Positions 1-11,268 of a DNA stretch of 64,000 bases are shown piece after piece. Under the pieces are notes generated by a model, which had not been told where the DNA came from, searched no databases, and saw nothing but the letters and a program-made list of their open reading frames with translations. The position numbers and the translations under genes are program-made. Source of the stretch: Naegleria gruberi (lineage: Eukaryota); NCBI GenBank assembly GCA_000004985.1, contig GG738906.1; one strand, given 5' to 3'. Numbering within the stretch: the first letter of the stretch is position 1; each line of letters opens with the position of its first letter.

Positions 1-26
1 AAGCATTCAACCCAGCTGACTTTTTT

Positions 27-1110
27 ATGGATCTTGTAACAGAAAATCCTGCTCTAGTAGAAGAGGGAAAAACAACAAAAGTAGAACAAAATCAAAGAAT
101 TGAAACAATACTTTCAAACTATTCTGAAAACTTTGAAGAGTTGGCCTCTGCAAAAAGAGATGGGGTCAATATGGAACACTTGACAAGAAAAAACAAGTAT
201 ACATCGGGTTGGTTTTCTCAATTTTTTGTGGTTTTGATGAGATCTTTTCTCAATACCATAAGAAATAAGGCTGTTACAATGGCTAGATTATTTCAGCAGG
301 TTTCAACTGCTTTCTTACTTGGCTTAATTTATTTGAGGCTGAAAAATGATCAGACTGGTGTTCAAGATAGGCTTGGTGTATTATTCTTTTCTGTTTCCAA
401 TATGTTTTTTGGAAGTTTATCGAGCTCCCTAAATGTATTACTTGGAGACAAGCCTGTGTTTAATAGAGAGAGAGGTGCTAAACTGTATAGAGTTAGTAGT
501 TGGTATGTTGCAAAGGTTATTGCAGACATCCCAAGTGTACTGTTTTTCCCTCTTCTTTTTGGTTGCATCTTATATTTTTGGATAGGGCTTAATGGAAGTA
601 TTGATAGATTCTTAATGTTTCTATTGATTCAAGCGATTTTAGGCTTGACCGGGCAAGGTCTCGGTATTGCTATAGCGAGCATTTCACCAAACGCTTCTGT
701 GGCATTTTCAATTATGCCAGTAATCAGTACCATTTTAATGTTATTTGGAGGGTTCTACTTGAATTTAGACAATGTACCAGTGTACTTTGTTTGGATTTAC
801 TGGTAAGTTATCGAAATAGAACACATTTCATCCTTATCTATTCTAATTATTATTAACAAACAGGACTAGTATCTTTCATTTTGCATTTGAGGCATTTTGT
901 ATTAATGAATTTACGTCCTCAACATTTGAATGCACTTCCTCAAGCTATTGTCCATTTCCAAATGGCGCAGCCGTGTTAGAAAATTTGGCAATGGATTCTT
1001 CAATGTCATCAACTTGGATTAACATTGGTTTATCATGTGCCCTTATTCTTGTTTATCATATTTTTGCTTATTTATGTTTGAGATTTTTCTCTAAACCGAG
1101 AGGTGGCTAA
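27..1110 (+). CDS. ABCG (White-type) half-transporter, C-terminal transmembrane domain; 5' end lies outside the window
   Basis: ORF 27-806 encodes the 6-TM region typical of ABCG. A 61-nt intron at 803-863 (GTAAGT...CTAAT...AAACAG) joins in phase to a second exon 864-1110 encoding ...FHFAFEAFCINEF...SKPRGG*, the conserved ABCG C-terminal motif. Confidence 0.75.
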
Positions 1111-1167
1111 TTTTTACAATAATTTTAATTTATAGTTTACAAATATTTAATAAATAAGTGGATTCAA

Positions 1168-2340
1168 TTACATATAAAAGTGAGAAAAATCCTCATCGTC
1201 ATCATCTAAATCTCTTGGAACTCGGTGATGGTCTGGATTTGGTTGACCACCTCCTCTACCTTGACCTCCAAAAGGTGCATTAGGATAGATTGGATCAAAT
1301 CTAGCACCTGGAATAAAGCCTGGGTTAGGTCTTCTATTATTATTTGAACCTGGAAAGAATAATGGATTGTTTGGACCAACCTGGCTGCCTCCACCAAATG
1401 GAAAACCAGATCCCCTTCCTCCAAAAGGTTGTGGTAAATGACCCAAACCAGGATACAAATCTTCATCACCAATACGATAAGGTCTACCACCAATAGGTGG
1501 TTGAATATATCCTCCTCTTCTTGGAGGGCCAATTCGTAGTGGATCAAAATCGTCATCATCTTCATCATACATACTTCTACTTGGTGGAATGTATTGTCTT
1601 GGTTGACGATCTTCTAATAGAGATGAGGAAACGTTAGTCGTAGTTGCATTATTGGATGATTGTGTGGATGACATGCTAATTGTTTCAAATCCCTCTTTTG
1701 GAACCAGTTTGTTTTGAATTTGAGTTTTAAATTGATATTCCAAGTCTTGTAAATTCTTAAAAACAGAAATAAAATCAATATTATCGTTACTTTGGTTGAT
1801 AACTTCATTAAACTTTTCTCTGTCAATAAACTCAAAAAGATTATTAAACTCCAACTGATAGACTTGTTCTTCTTCTTGTTGTTTGGCATATTGTGACATG
1901 TTCAAGTTTGAATTCTCATTGATATCAATATTTGGGAAAAGTAAAATGGTTGAAAATACTAATAATTTAGTTTGTCCCATCATTAATACTTTTAGAGTAA
2001 AATTAAATGTTCTTTGTGTGTGTTTGTACTTGAGAGAGAACATTTCCACGTTTGAATCAAAGTTGTTCGGAGGAAGAATTTGTCCCTCTGGTAATTCTAC
2101 ACATTGATCAGTTTCATTCAATCCAACACATCTAAATCCATGTTTTAACATTAAAAAGTGTAATACTAATACAAGCCAAGTTTGAGGTTTTGTTTTTTTT
2201 AATTTGTTTTGTAATTCTATATTATTAGTTAGTTGTGGATCGGTTAAATATTCTAAAATATTTGATCGGATCAAAGAACTAGATGATGAAGAATTGTCTT
2301 CTCCGCTGCTGCTGGCGTGGTTATCTGATGATGAAGACAT
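1168..2340 (-). CDS. Proteasome inhibitor PI31-like protein
   Basis: The C-terminal Pro/Gly-rich tail RFDPIYPNAPFGG...QPNPDHHRVP...DDDDEDFSHFYM matches the PI31 C-terminal signature (RFDP..P..PNPDH..PP..DDMYL). The N-terminus is Ser-rich. Single exon. Confidence 0.6.
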   Translation of the reverse strand: MSSSSDNHASSSGEDNSSSSSSLIRSNILEYLTDPQLTNNIELQNKLKKTKPQTWLVLVLHFLMLKHGFRCVGLNETDQCVELPEGQILPPNNFDSNVEMFSLKYKHTQRTFNFTLKVLMMGQTKLLVFSTILLFPNIDINENSNLNMSQYAKQQEEEQVYQLEFNNLFEFIDREKFNEVINQSNDNIDFISVFKNLQDLEYQFKTQIQNKLVPKEGFETISMSSTQSSNNATTTNVSSSLLEDRQPRQYIPPSRSMYDEDDDDFDPLRIGPPRRGGYIQPPIGGRPYRIGDEDLYPGLGHLPQPFGGRGSGFPFGGGSQVGPNNPLFFPGSNNNRRPNPGFIPGARFDPIYPNAPFGGQGRGGGQPNPDHHRVPRDLDDDDEDFSHFYM

Positions 2341-2549
2341 TTTTTATTGTTTATTATTAGATTGATTTTTGTTCATTCCAGAAACTGATGGATGCGTTAT
2401 TTTAAAATTTAAAAAAAAAATCCCTTCTGTTTATTCAGGTTGAACAATAAAAAACTCTCTCCGAATTGACTCGAATGGACAAACAATAACATTGTAACAA
2501 TTCCAAATTATATCACATTCAACACATATGAAAATTTTTAATATTCATC

Positions 2550-4769
2550 ATGGCACGGTTACCAAACACTCCGATCATTGTTGATGAATTTAAATACATT
2601 CCCGGATGTTTCATTTATCTATTAACCCATCTTCATACGGATCACACTGGTGGTCTTACTCCAAGTTGGAATAATGGAATAATATTTTGTAGTGAAATAA
2701 CCAAAAGATTACTCTTGAAAAAGTTTCAATTACAAGAACCAGAGAGAATAATTGCTTTAGAGGAGGGACCAACCTATTACATTCCTCTTGTACCACCCAG
2801 TCCAATGCAGGATCACACAGACACGAATTTAAATATTCATCATGATGTTAATATTTGGAGGGATCCATCCTATTGGGTCAAGTTTAACAATAATCCTTCT
2901 TCCTCTCAAAACAATAGCAGTAACTTGTCACAATCAATGTCAGTTGGTATGAATCAAGCCTTGACTGTTTATGATAAGGATACATCTTATATGCAAGTCA
3001 ATATCATTGATGCTAATCACTGTCCAGGAAGTATTATGTTTTTATTGGAAGGCTATTTTGGAAATGTTTTATTTACAGGAGATTTCAGATATGATGCAAG
3101 AATTCTGCAAGCTCCTTGCTTTAGAGACAAGAAAATTGACCACCTCTACCTTGATGACACATTTCTGGATAAAATGTATGATTTTCCAACGAGACAAGAG
3201 GCTGGTAAACAAGTAATAAGTGTTATCAAGTCACTACCAGATACAACTCATATTCTGATTGCGGTTGACCATTTGGGTAAAGAGGAGTTAATGTTGGCTT
3301 TAGCAACTACTTTTCAAACTTTAATAGTTGTGCCCGAAGAAAGATATGAACTATTAGAATGTATGAATGATATTATCCCAATAGATTTATTTACCTGTGA
3401 TCCTAAACAAGGTAGAATTTTTGTAAAATCAAAGAAGGAAGTCAATATGCGGTCAATAATTGAGCACAAAAGAATTTTTGGAGCAACTACTGTTGGTATT
3501 ATTCCATCTGGATGGTCTTCTGCCCAACTCAAAGATCCAACCTCACAATTAATTTATAGAGTACCCTACTCACTCCATTCATCCTATTCGGAAATAATAG
3601 AATTTGTATCCACATTGAAGCCAAAAAATGTGTACAGTACTTCAAAAGATGAAAATTTAGAATTGAGAGATCAAGTTGGAAAATATTGTGATTATAATAC
3701 ACCCCTAAAACCTGTAATTGTTCCACGTTCTGTACTCTCACACATGGAAAGGTCATCCAATATGATTGATCATAAGAAAATTACAAGTGTTTCAAATATT
3801 TCCCCATCATCATCAATAACTAAAGTGTACAGAAAAAGAAAATCATACCCTCCTTCCCATAAGAAGTTTCTAAAAATTATTCCCCAAAATACACAAACCC
3901 AAAATACCAGTATTATTGACCTAACAGACACTGTGAATACATCCCAAATCAATTTAGAAGATACCCAAGATTTACTCTCCCATATGTACAATAGATCAGA
4001 AACAAGCTTTTCATTGCCATCCACCCCAAATAAGAAGAAGGAGTCCCAAAGAATTGTGGGATCATTAGAAGTTTTAGATGTTTTGGACAATTTTGTAAAT
4101 ATTTCTCCTATACCTAGTCCAAAAATTATTAAGCATTCCCCTCACAGAAAACAACTTGCCTCTAAACATTCAATAGAGCAAGTGTTGGTGGACAATAATG
4201 GAATACCAATTCTGGTACCAAAAGATACAAACTTGGAATCTGATGAAATATATAACTTATCACTTTCTCCCCACAGTGGGGATGAAAATGCTTTTGATGA
4301 AAGTGAGATTTTGAATAATATTGATTTAGAACAATCACCAGAGGAAAGTATTATTATTAAAACTGCTAACAATCAGCAGTTGCCATCAAAGAAAAGAAAG
4401 CATGTTGAAACAAGACAAATTTTAGAATTAAGCGATGATGACGAAATAGTACTCAAACCAGCAACCAACAAGACAACATCTCATTATGAATCCAATACAA
4501 AAAAGTTGAAACTTGCGACAAATCTTTCACAGATAGAATTCTCACTAGAGGCTAATCCTGTTGTTGCTCAAGACGAAATTGACAAGAACGAGCCCTATCC
4601 ACAAGGTTACTCACAAATTTCTTGGGATGATTCAGATGAAGATGTAAAATTAATACCACACCAGAAAAACAAAACAAGCCAAACACTCCATAAAACTACA
4701 AAACCAACCAAACAATCCAGTTCCCTCAGTTTGACAGACATTTTCTTTCCTAAAGCGACAAGGCATTAA
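2550..4769 (+). CDS. SNM1/Artemis (DCLRE1) family metallo-beta-lactamase/beta-CASP nuclease with a long low-complexity C-terminal tail
   Basis: Motifs LTHLHTDHTGGL (HxHxDH), DANHCPGS and PYSLHSSYSEI are diagnostic for SNM1/PSO2/Artemis. 739-aa single ORF. Confidence 0.75.
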   Translation: MARLPNTPIIVDEFKYIPGCFIYLLTHLHTDHTGGLTPSWNNGIIFCSEITKRLLLKKFQLQEPERIIALEEGPTYYIPLVPPSPMQDHTDTNLNIHHDVNIWRDPSYWVKFNNNPSSSQNNSSNLSQSMSVGMNQALTVYDKDTSYMQVNIIDANHCPGSIMFLLEGYFGNVLFTGDFRYDARILQAPCFRDKKIDHLYLDDTFLDKMYDFPTRQEAGKQVISVIKSLPDTTHILIAVDHLGKEELMLALATTFQTLIVVPEERYELLECMNDIIPIDLFTCDPKQGRIFVKSKKEVNMRSIIEHKRIFGATTVGIIPSGWSSAQLKDPTSQLIYRVPYSLHSSYSEIIEFVSTLKPKNVYSTSKDENLELRDQVGKYCDYNTPLKPVIVPRSVLSHMERSSNMIDHKKITSVSNISPSSSITKVYRKRKSYPPSHKKFLKIIPQNTQTQNTSIIDLTDTVNTSQINLEDTQDLLSHMYNRSETSFSLPSTPNKKKESQRIVGSLEVLDVLDNFVNISPIPSPKIIKHSPHRKQLASKHSIEQVLVDNNGIPILVPKDTNLESDEIYNLSLSPHSGDENAFDESEILNNIDLEQSPEESIIIKTANNQQLPSKKRKHVETRQILELSDDDEIVLKPATNKTTSHYESNTKKLKLATNLSQIEFSLEANPVVAQDEIDKNEPYPQGYSQISWDDSDEDVKLIPHQKNKTSQTLHKTTKPTKQSSSLSLTDIFFPKATRH

Positions 4770-4803
4770 TAAAATCTTTACTTATTAAAATATGGAAAAT
4801 GGT

Positions 4804-7800
4804 TTATAAATCTTCATTTAGATATGGATTCACAACGCTCTTTTTTTCATTCTTTTTAAAGGTCTCTGTTTGTTTAAATCTCCAATAGACTCCCATCAAC
4901 TGTTCGGTTGTTTCTACTTTGAGAATTGTGATAAGGTCTTCCAGTTCTTGTGCAGTTATAGCCTCATCTTGCTCCTTTCTAATGTGAAACATTCTCATCG
5001 TTTTCCTGCTGATAGAGAGAGGAAAAGGACTGTACTTTTTAAGGAATCTTTTGTAAATCTTCCTCACATGTTGGGATCTCTCAAACATACTGTGATGGAA
5101 ATTACCTTCAAAGGAATAAATGTCAATCAATTGACGATATAAATATACTAGTGGAAGGGTAAATTCTTTCATTGCATAAAATTCAAACAATGGACCCAAT
5201 ACCGGATCATTTACAACATCTAATAATTCACTGTCAGAAGTATTTTGTGTTTCAGATCCTCTAGTGCAACAAAATGTGTGTTTTCTAGCTGTCATACAAG
5301 CTACAAATCCTCCATAAACCAAGAGAATTAATAGCTTAACCATAAAAAGTAAAATAATTGGAGCAATTTCAAGCATGTGTATGTGAGCTTGTCTGCTGTA
5401 GAGTTGGAAAGCAAGAGAACCCTCATTAAAAGTATTGCTATACAGATTTGGATACATTACGTTCATTACATCATAACCTTCTGCTAGAACAAGTAAACTA
5501 GCCATGAACATATAAGCTATCCATTCAATTTTGAAAAGGAAAACATCTCCATTAAAAGTACCTTCAAATTTCAAAAAGTTGTCAGTCTTTACATCATTGA
5601 AATTTAACATTTTCTTCATGAATATTTCCATAAAAATAATAATAGAGAAGCTAACTATTACACTCAATGTAATTAAGCAAGCCCTTATTAAACTAAATAC
5701 TGTAAATACTAATTTAAAGTTAAGAACTGAAACTGAAGCCAGTACTAGTAATATGATATATGTAACCAGTTGGGCAGCATAAAGAGTCAAACATGGCATA
5801 ACTAAATAGGATCTGGAAGTGAATTTAACATATCTACGAATTGAATATTTTTCATCTTTCTCTTGATACTTTTTCATCAAGAATTGGAATCTTTCCTTGT
5901 GGTAGTATTGCCAAATATTCAACATGTAGAGAACTAGCATGGCACAATATAATGGATCGATAACAGTTCTCAAGGCTCCATCTATTGTATCCATGAAAGG
6001 TATTTCAACACCTGTCAAGAAAATATTCATAATCATTCCATCTCTAGTCAAATTGATAAGTGCTTCGAGTATCAGGACTAGAATTCCAAAAAATGGAATA
6101 AAACCTCTAAACTTTAGCGAAATATTGTGTGGTGTCCTTATACTAAGTAGAAAAATAGCTTGTCCAACAGAGAAAATTAAAATTAAAATACAGGATGTAA
6201 TATCTCCCCAAACCTTATTGGTAAAATCTTGGATAAGTTCAACATCTGATGTGTTTGCCTTCAATACAGCAAAAAGGGTGGTATGATTACAAGAGCAATA
6301 AATTCTATTTAGTCCAGGATTGGAATCATCAGTAATCAAACTATCCTTTGGCTTGGAATTACCGAGGAATGAATAAGATGCCACAGTGGTGCATCCCTCC
6401 TTTGACCATTCTTCTGTAGTTTCATTCCAAAAATGGCATCCACCCCCCATCCACAAGTAAGTAGGTAGGTAGACACTTTGATCAGCAAAGAATACCATCT
6501 CTATTGGTGACTTTAAATTTCTCAATTTCAATGATTGTTGATTGTAGAGTAATTCTACACTTATCATTACGTTTCCAAGTATTTTGGAATTGCCTTCTGT
6601 ATTTTTAAAAGTTACAATCTTGAACCCAACAAATTGATCTGTAATGTTCAAAGGAAGTGGAGATATGATGGATGCATCCAACGAGTTGGCCAATGTGCTT
6701 CTTTCTGTATTAGAATGGATAATCTCATCAGAATTCAACTCAATATCAGAAATGAATAGACTTTGTTGTCTAATTTCAGGTGGAAGTTGGATAAGAAGTA
6801 AATTATTGTTCACTTTCCATTCTCTAGTGTCGTTGGAGTAATCAACAGAAACAGAGGCCCCTTCTCCAAATCCAGCACCAATCAGACTACTCAACAAATC
6901 TCTCTTGTAGCTTATTTCTACGTTATTGTTTGTAATGGTTACAGCAGTTGAAGGCGCCGACTCCTCTAAAAGTCTAATAGACAACTGGTGAATCCATTTT
7001 TGGCAAAAACCAGCAAGAACTTGTGATTTAACAATTATTGTGTTGGCGTTTGCTGTTGACAGTAACGAGTCAAGAATAGTAAGGAAAGAATTAGAATATG
7101 TAGAGAATAGAGATGAAAATTCTACTTTAGGATTGTTGACTTCACTAGTTGGTCTCATATCTATGACATCTATTGTTCTGGTGATGAATAAATTTCGTTC
7201 CTTCAAAAAATTTACAAGCAATGGGTGTAAAAGAGAGTCAACTATGAGCGATATAGATCTAGATGATAGATGTGATGGTTTTTTGGTGAGAGAGGAAATT
7301 AGTTGAATTAAATTAATATCCATTCTGAATAGATCAAATAATGAAAGTGCAAAAGTGTTAGAACTATTAAGTGTTTTCAGTTGTTCTCGAGCCGAGATGG
7401 CTGCACTAGCTATTTGTTCTCTAATTATTCCTTCTTCATCAGAATTATTAAAGGCTGCATACTCATTTAGAGTAGTGCACAATTTGTCCAAGTCTAGATA
7501 AATATCTTGAATAATTTTTGGTTCGAAAACTGTTACATTATTTTTCTTCATTAAATCTGTGATGTTTGGCAAAATGTCAATGACTTGCTGTTGAATGTTT
7601 TGAATTTTGGATTTGGTCGCCTTGAGATAATTGTGATCAGTGCTAGTGTTGTTTAGTTTGATATTTCTAGTTCCAATCCAATATCTAAAGTTGTATGATT
7701 CCTTTGATGGATCATTAATTTGTAAAAATATATGGATATCAACTTGATTTGTGTGAGAGTAGGGTAACCAAGTTGTTAACTTGTTCATATGTGTGGAAGT

Positions 7801-9546
7801 GGTCAAGAGCTTCATTGTATCACCTTCAATAGAGTAATAAATCTCATATATTGCAGAGACGCTGGAAGAAGTAATACCAGGAAATTCAATAACAAATTTG
7901 TCTAATAATGGCCTATTAAATCCATCAAGTAATGGATAAATAGAAATTGAACTGCTATCTATAATACTATCTTGTTGCTTTGAAGCAACCTTTCTCCTAA
8001 ATGTTGAATTAACAATGTATATTTGATTGATAATAGCCTTAACGGAGAACTCATAAATATTAGGACTGGAAGAGTATGCCTTCTCATTGCTCAAAAGAGT
8101 TCTAGGTTCTAAATAGAGTACTGAATTAGAGGAAGTCTTTACAATGGTTGGTGTTTCTTGTTGATCTTCACGTCCTAAATAACTCACAGTCCACTCCCAT
8201 TTCAATGAGGTTACACCAGAAAGTAAAACTCCACCCGGAAAAATTTCACCACTCAATACTATTGCCTTTGTTGGATCCATGAATGTGGTGTCGATACTTG
8301 GGAAAATTCTAACTGCCCAATATTCATTGGCATTTAATGTTCGAAGTATGATAAAAGTGGTGTCAGATCTTGAACCAACACTATAATCAAGGCAAATCAC
8401 ATAGGTATTAAAATATTCAAGATTTTCTGTAGGAATATTATAATTTGATTCAAATGTGTTTACAGGTGTTTCAAATGTACAAGGTAGTAATACTGATGAG
8501 GAAATGTCAGATTTCAATTGAGATTTTCCACTCAGCTTGTAGGAATGGCCTTTTATGTAAAAGCATGACCAAATAAAAGACTCTTTAACAAAATCCACTA
8601 GTGGTAAGTTTTCAGGATCATAACTTGTTGAAAAAAGTTGTAAGGACCCATCTGATTGAATTATACTACCAAAATCAGATTCTTTTGGATATAAATTGGA
8701 ACGAGTATTATAAGAGTAAATTGGTAAATACTCTTCATACAATCCTCCATTGATTTGAGCTATAACATTGGATTTTGGCAATCTTTCTACACTAAATGAG
8801 AAGGAAATATACTCCATAGTAATGTTGCTGTTAGAGGAGTTGTATTCACCAATAAAATCAAAATTATAAGGGATGGAAGGCAGTAAATCATTAGTATTGA
8901 CTTTAAGTAAAAGTCCTCGAGTAATAGAATGCGTTAAAGGGTTGGATGTTAATAAACTCAATAAAGAATTGCCATTGCTAATCTTCCAAAAGTAGTTTCG
9001 TTCATTATTTGAAAATCCTGTAGCAGAAGCATTAAAAATTATCTCCTCATGGCTTGAAACTGAAACTAATTGTTGAGAGTGTATTGCCACATTGTTCATG
9101 TAAATTGTCAAATTGTTCAAGCTTGACTGTTCGTTTGCGTTCACAAAAAATCTGCCAGTTGTCACTGTATCCTCCAAAGCATGATAGTAATGGTGGTAAA
9201 TATTGGAAATGTTTTTTTGTTGAACACCAAAAGATTTGAAAAAGTAAGAATTCACTTGTATATCATGAATGTAAGAACTTTTAACTGCGTTTGATACACA
9301 AAGCATGGTTGATAATATCAAGACCAAATGAATCCAAGAAACAATCATGTGCCATATGCCCTTTCCGAATTGCATACTACTATGTATTCTTTTAGGAATT
9401 GATGAAGACATTTTTAAATTCGTAATATTTAATAGTGATTTCTTGTTAAATAATTCTTGTTTAGTCATTTGTTGTTGATGATGTGAGTTCGGAGGACTTT
9501 TTACATAGTAATTTTTTTGCAAATCTTTGGGTGTTTGGTTTTGCAT
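4804..9546 (-). CDS. Giant GPS/GAIN-domain 7-transmembrane receptor (adhesion-GPCR/latrophilin-like), 1580 aa, intronless
   Basis: An N-terminal hydrophobic signal/anchor is followed by an ~1000-aa N-glycosylation-rich ectodomain. A canonical GPS motif CHFWNETTEEWSKEGC...IYCSCNHTTLFAVL lies at aa ~1040-1095. Seven predicted TM helices and a ~150-aa cytoplasmic tail follow. Confidence 0.65.
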   Translation of the reverse strand: MQNQTPKDLQKNYYVKSPPNSHHQQQMTKQELFNKKSLLNITNLKMSSSIPKRIHSSMQFGKGIWHMIVSWIHLVLILSTMLCVSNAVKSSYIHDIQVNSYFFKSFGVQQKNISNIYHHYYHALEDTVTTGRFFVNANEQSSLNNLTIYMNNVAIHSQQLVSVSSHEEIIFNASATGFSNNERNYFWKISNGNSLLSLLTSNPLTHSITRGLLLKVNTNDLLPSIPYNFDFIGEYNSSNSNITMEYISFSFSVERLPKSNVIAQINGGLYEEYLPIYSYNTRSNLYPKESDFGSIIQSDGSLQLFSTSYDPENLPLVDFVKESFIWSCFYIKGHSYKLSGKSQLKSDISSSVLLPCTFETPVNTFESNYNIPTENLEYFNTYVICLDYSVGSRSDTTFIILRTLNANEYWAVRIFPSIDTTFMDPTKAIVLSGEIFPGGVLLSGVTSLKWEWTVSYLGREDQQETPTIVKTSSNSVLYLEPRTLLSNEKAYSSSPNIYEFSVKAIINQIYIVNSTFRRKVASKQQDSIIDSSSISIYPLLDGFNRPLLDKFVIEFPGITSSSVSAIYEIYYSIEGDTMKLLTTSTHMNKLTTWLPYSHTNQVDIHIFLQINDPSKESYNFRYWIGTRNIKLNNTSTDHNYLKATKSKIQNIQQQVIDILPNITDLMKKNNVTVFEPKIIQDIYLDLDKLCTTLNEYAAFNNSDEEGIIREQIASAAISAREQLKTLNSSNTFALSLFDLFRMDINLIQLISSLTKKPSHLSSRSISLIVDSLLHPLLVNFLKERNLFITRTIDVIDMRPTSEVNNPKVEFSSLFSTYSNSFLTILDSLLSTANANTIIVKSQVLAGFCQKWIHQLSIRLLEESAPSTAVTITNNNVEISYKRDLLSSLIGAGFGEGASVSVDYSNDTREWKVNNNLLLIQLPPEIRQQSLFISDIELNSDEIIHSNTERSTLANSLDASIISPLPLNITDQFVGFKIVTFKNTEGNSKILGNVMISVELLYNQQSLKLRNLKSPIEMVFFADQSVYLPTYLWMGGGCHFWNETTEEWSKEGCTTVASYSFLGNSKPKDSLITDDSNPGLNRIYCSCNHTTLFAVLKANTSDVELIQDFTNKVWGDITSCILILIFSVGQAIFLLSIRTPHNISLKFRGFIPFFGILVLILEALINLTRDGMIMNIFLTGVEIPFMDTIDGALRTVIDPLYCAMLVLYMLNIWQYYHKERFQFLMKKYQEKDEKYSIRRYVKFTSRSYLVMPCLTLYAAQLVTYIILLVLASVSVLNFKLVFTVFSLIRACLITLSVIVSFSIIIFMEIFMKKMLNFNDVKTDNFLKFEGTFNGDVFLFKIEWIAYMFMASLLVLAEGYDVMNVMYPNLYSNTFNEGSLAFQLYSRQAHIHMLEIAPIILLFMVKLLILLVYGGFVACMTARKHTFCCTRGSETQNTSDSELLDVVNDPVLGPLFEFYAMKEFTLPLVYLYRQLIDIYSFEGNFHHSMFERSQHVRKIYKRFLKKYSPFPLSISRKTMRMFHIRKEQDEAITAQELEDLITILKVETTEQLMGVYWRFKQTETFKKNEKKSVVNPYLNEDL
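6262..6430 (-). other. GPS (GPCR proteolysis site) motif within the receptor gene
   Basis: Reverse-complement translation of 6259-6300 gives YCSCNHTTLFAVLK. Upstream are CxxW...W..GC cysteines in the spacing expected for a GAIN/GPS domain. Confidence 0.6.
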
Positions 9547-11268
9547 TTTTTTTAAATTTATTATTGATTTTGAATGGGCTCTTTACAGTGGTAATTGATG
9601 ATTTTTTTATCAATTAACAACTGGAGCTTAGAATTATCTAGAGTTTCTTTGTTTTCCTCTCCACCTTTGGAATTTTCCTCTATAATGTGTTTGAATTGAT
9701 TGTGATCTACTCCAAAACTTTTCCATTGCTCAATATCAGCCAGGAATACTTTTTTGCAAGGTTGTTTGGTTGTTTTGGCCGCTCCAGCAAACAACCAATT
9801 TGGTTGTCCATAACTTGGGATTTAACTTTTTTGAGTGACACACTACCAAAGTTCCACTATCAATGTCCATAAGCTCCTTTCTTTGGATGGGGGCTGATGT
9901 ACAACTTTGGAGGACATAGCTCAATATCCTTACCATTTTCTTTCTTACTGTATCGGTGCAATGTTATTGATCTTGGTTGATGGCTGCCACCAACAAAAAA
10001 TAACTCTAAAGCCCTTCCCTTTGTACTGTTATCCTCTGCTAGAAATTATCTTCCTAAATCTCAAAATCCAATACTTGAAATGTTCAAATTGCTTTCTCCA
10101 AGAAACCATTGAATCACATTGTTATTCCATCTCCAGTCCAGAACTTTTGCAAACAGGTATCAAGAGTGCAAAATCTGAGAAATCATACCAAACACTCTAT
10201 AATGATTTGAATAATCTTCACAAGTCCTGCTTTGCTCACTTGTCCCTCAATGATATTAATCACCAATTTTTGAAAAACTGCTGGTATAGAAGCGGCAACA
10301 AAGGCTATAGAATTAACTGTTTGTTCCCTTAAAAAAGAGCTTACTCTGTCCCTATGTAGGAAACGGCATTTGTTGAAAAGTTTTGCATATCTATTTTTCC
10401 ATTATTAAATGTGTAAGAAAGAAGTCTTGGAATATTATATAATACATCCTGTTTCTCTTTTCAATTCTTTCACTGTTAAGGAGTCCTTTTGTGTTTTTAT
10501 CCAAATATGTGACATGAAAGCATCGTCAGAAAATGATGGAACAATATATCTATACTGGTTCTTGGAAGCATCTCTAAAAGCTGTAGACGGCAAGGTTGAG
10601 TGAGCCTGCGAAGAAAGGGCAGCAAAAAAGATGCTTAATATTAATATATAAAAAAAATATATTGCAACTAAATACTAACAGATTCGTAAATGTATCCAAT
10701 ACTTCACCATTGTGTGTTTGACTATTTGGCTTCCATTGGCAAGCTTAGGTTCGGGCGGTTGTAGTACCCAATCTTTGAAAGAAAAATCTAATCATATCGA
10801 GAGTAAAGTGCCAATGTTTTCAAAAGTGATATTAAATGCTTTCATAAATTTCAAATTTAAGGGACATATTGATGAAATAAAGCCTTTGGAGAAAATAGAA
10901 AAATTGAAGTCTGTAACCATTTCAAGACTAAATTCGAACCATCAAAGTCAATTTGAATTATTATTCTACAGAACTTCTTCTTCTTTCATGCCGAACATTA
11001 TGGTCAATCCACTCTTGTTCTTATCAAAGTGGCAAGATATTTTTGACTGGCAAAAGTTGTTTGACCAATACGTATTTTGTTTTGATACATATTCAGAGTT
11101 GTCACTGATTTCTTACTATTATTTTTACAACATGTAACACTATTGCATCTTGAACGGGTGTTTTTTAACAATAGGTTTTAAGTGTTGTTTCTTGAAGAAC
11201 ATACTGCTAAGAATATTTTCTCATTAAATTGAAATTTCTCAAAAAAACAAAAAAACAACCCATTCAAA

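Noticed and set aside
1206-2107. Internal ORFs on either strand within the PI31-like gene (1206-1568, 1614-1889, 1883-2107)
   Set aside because: These are alternative-frame or antisense read-throughs inside a longer, better-supported ORF. Their translations are AT-codon-biased nonsense.
10741-10760. GGTTCGGGCGG, resembling a tRNA T-arm
   Set aside because: There is no acceptor stem, anticodon arm or A/B box in the flanking sequence. It lies inside an ORF-like region. No tRNA or rRNA genes were recognised anywhere in the window.
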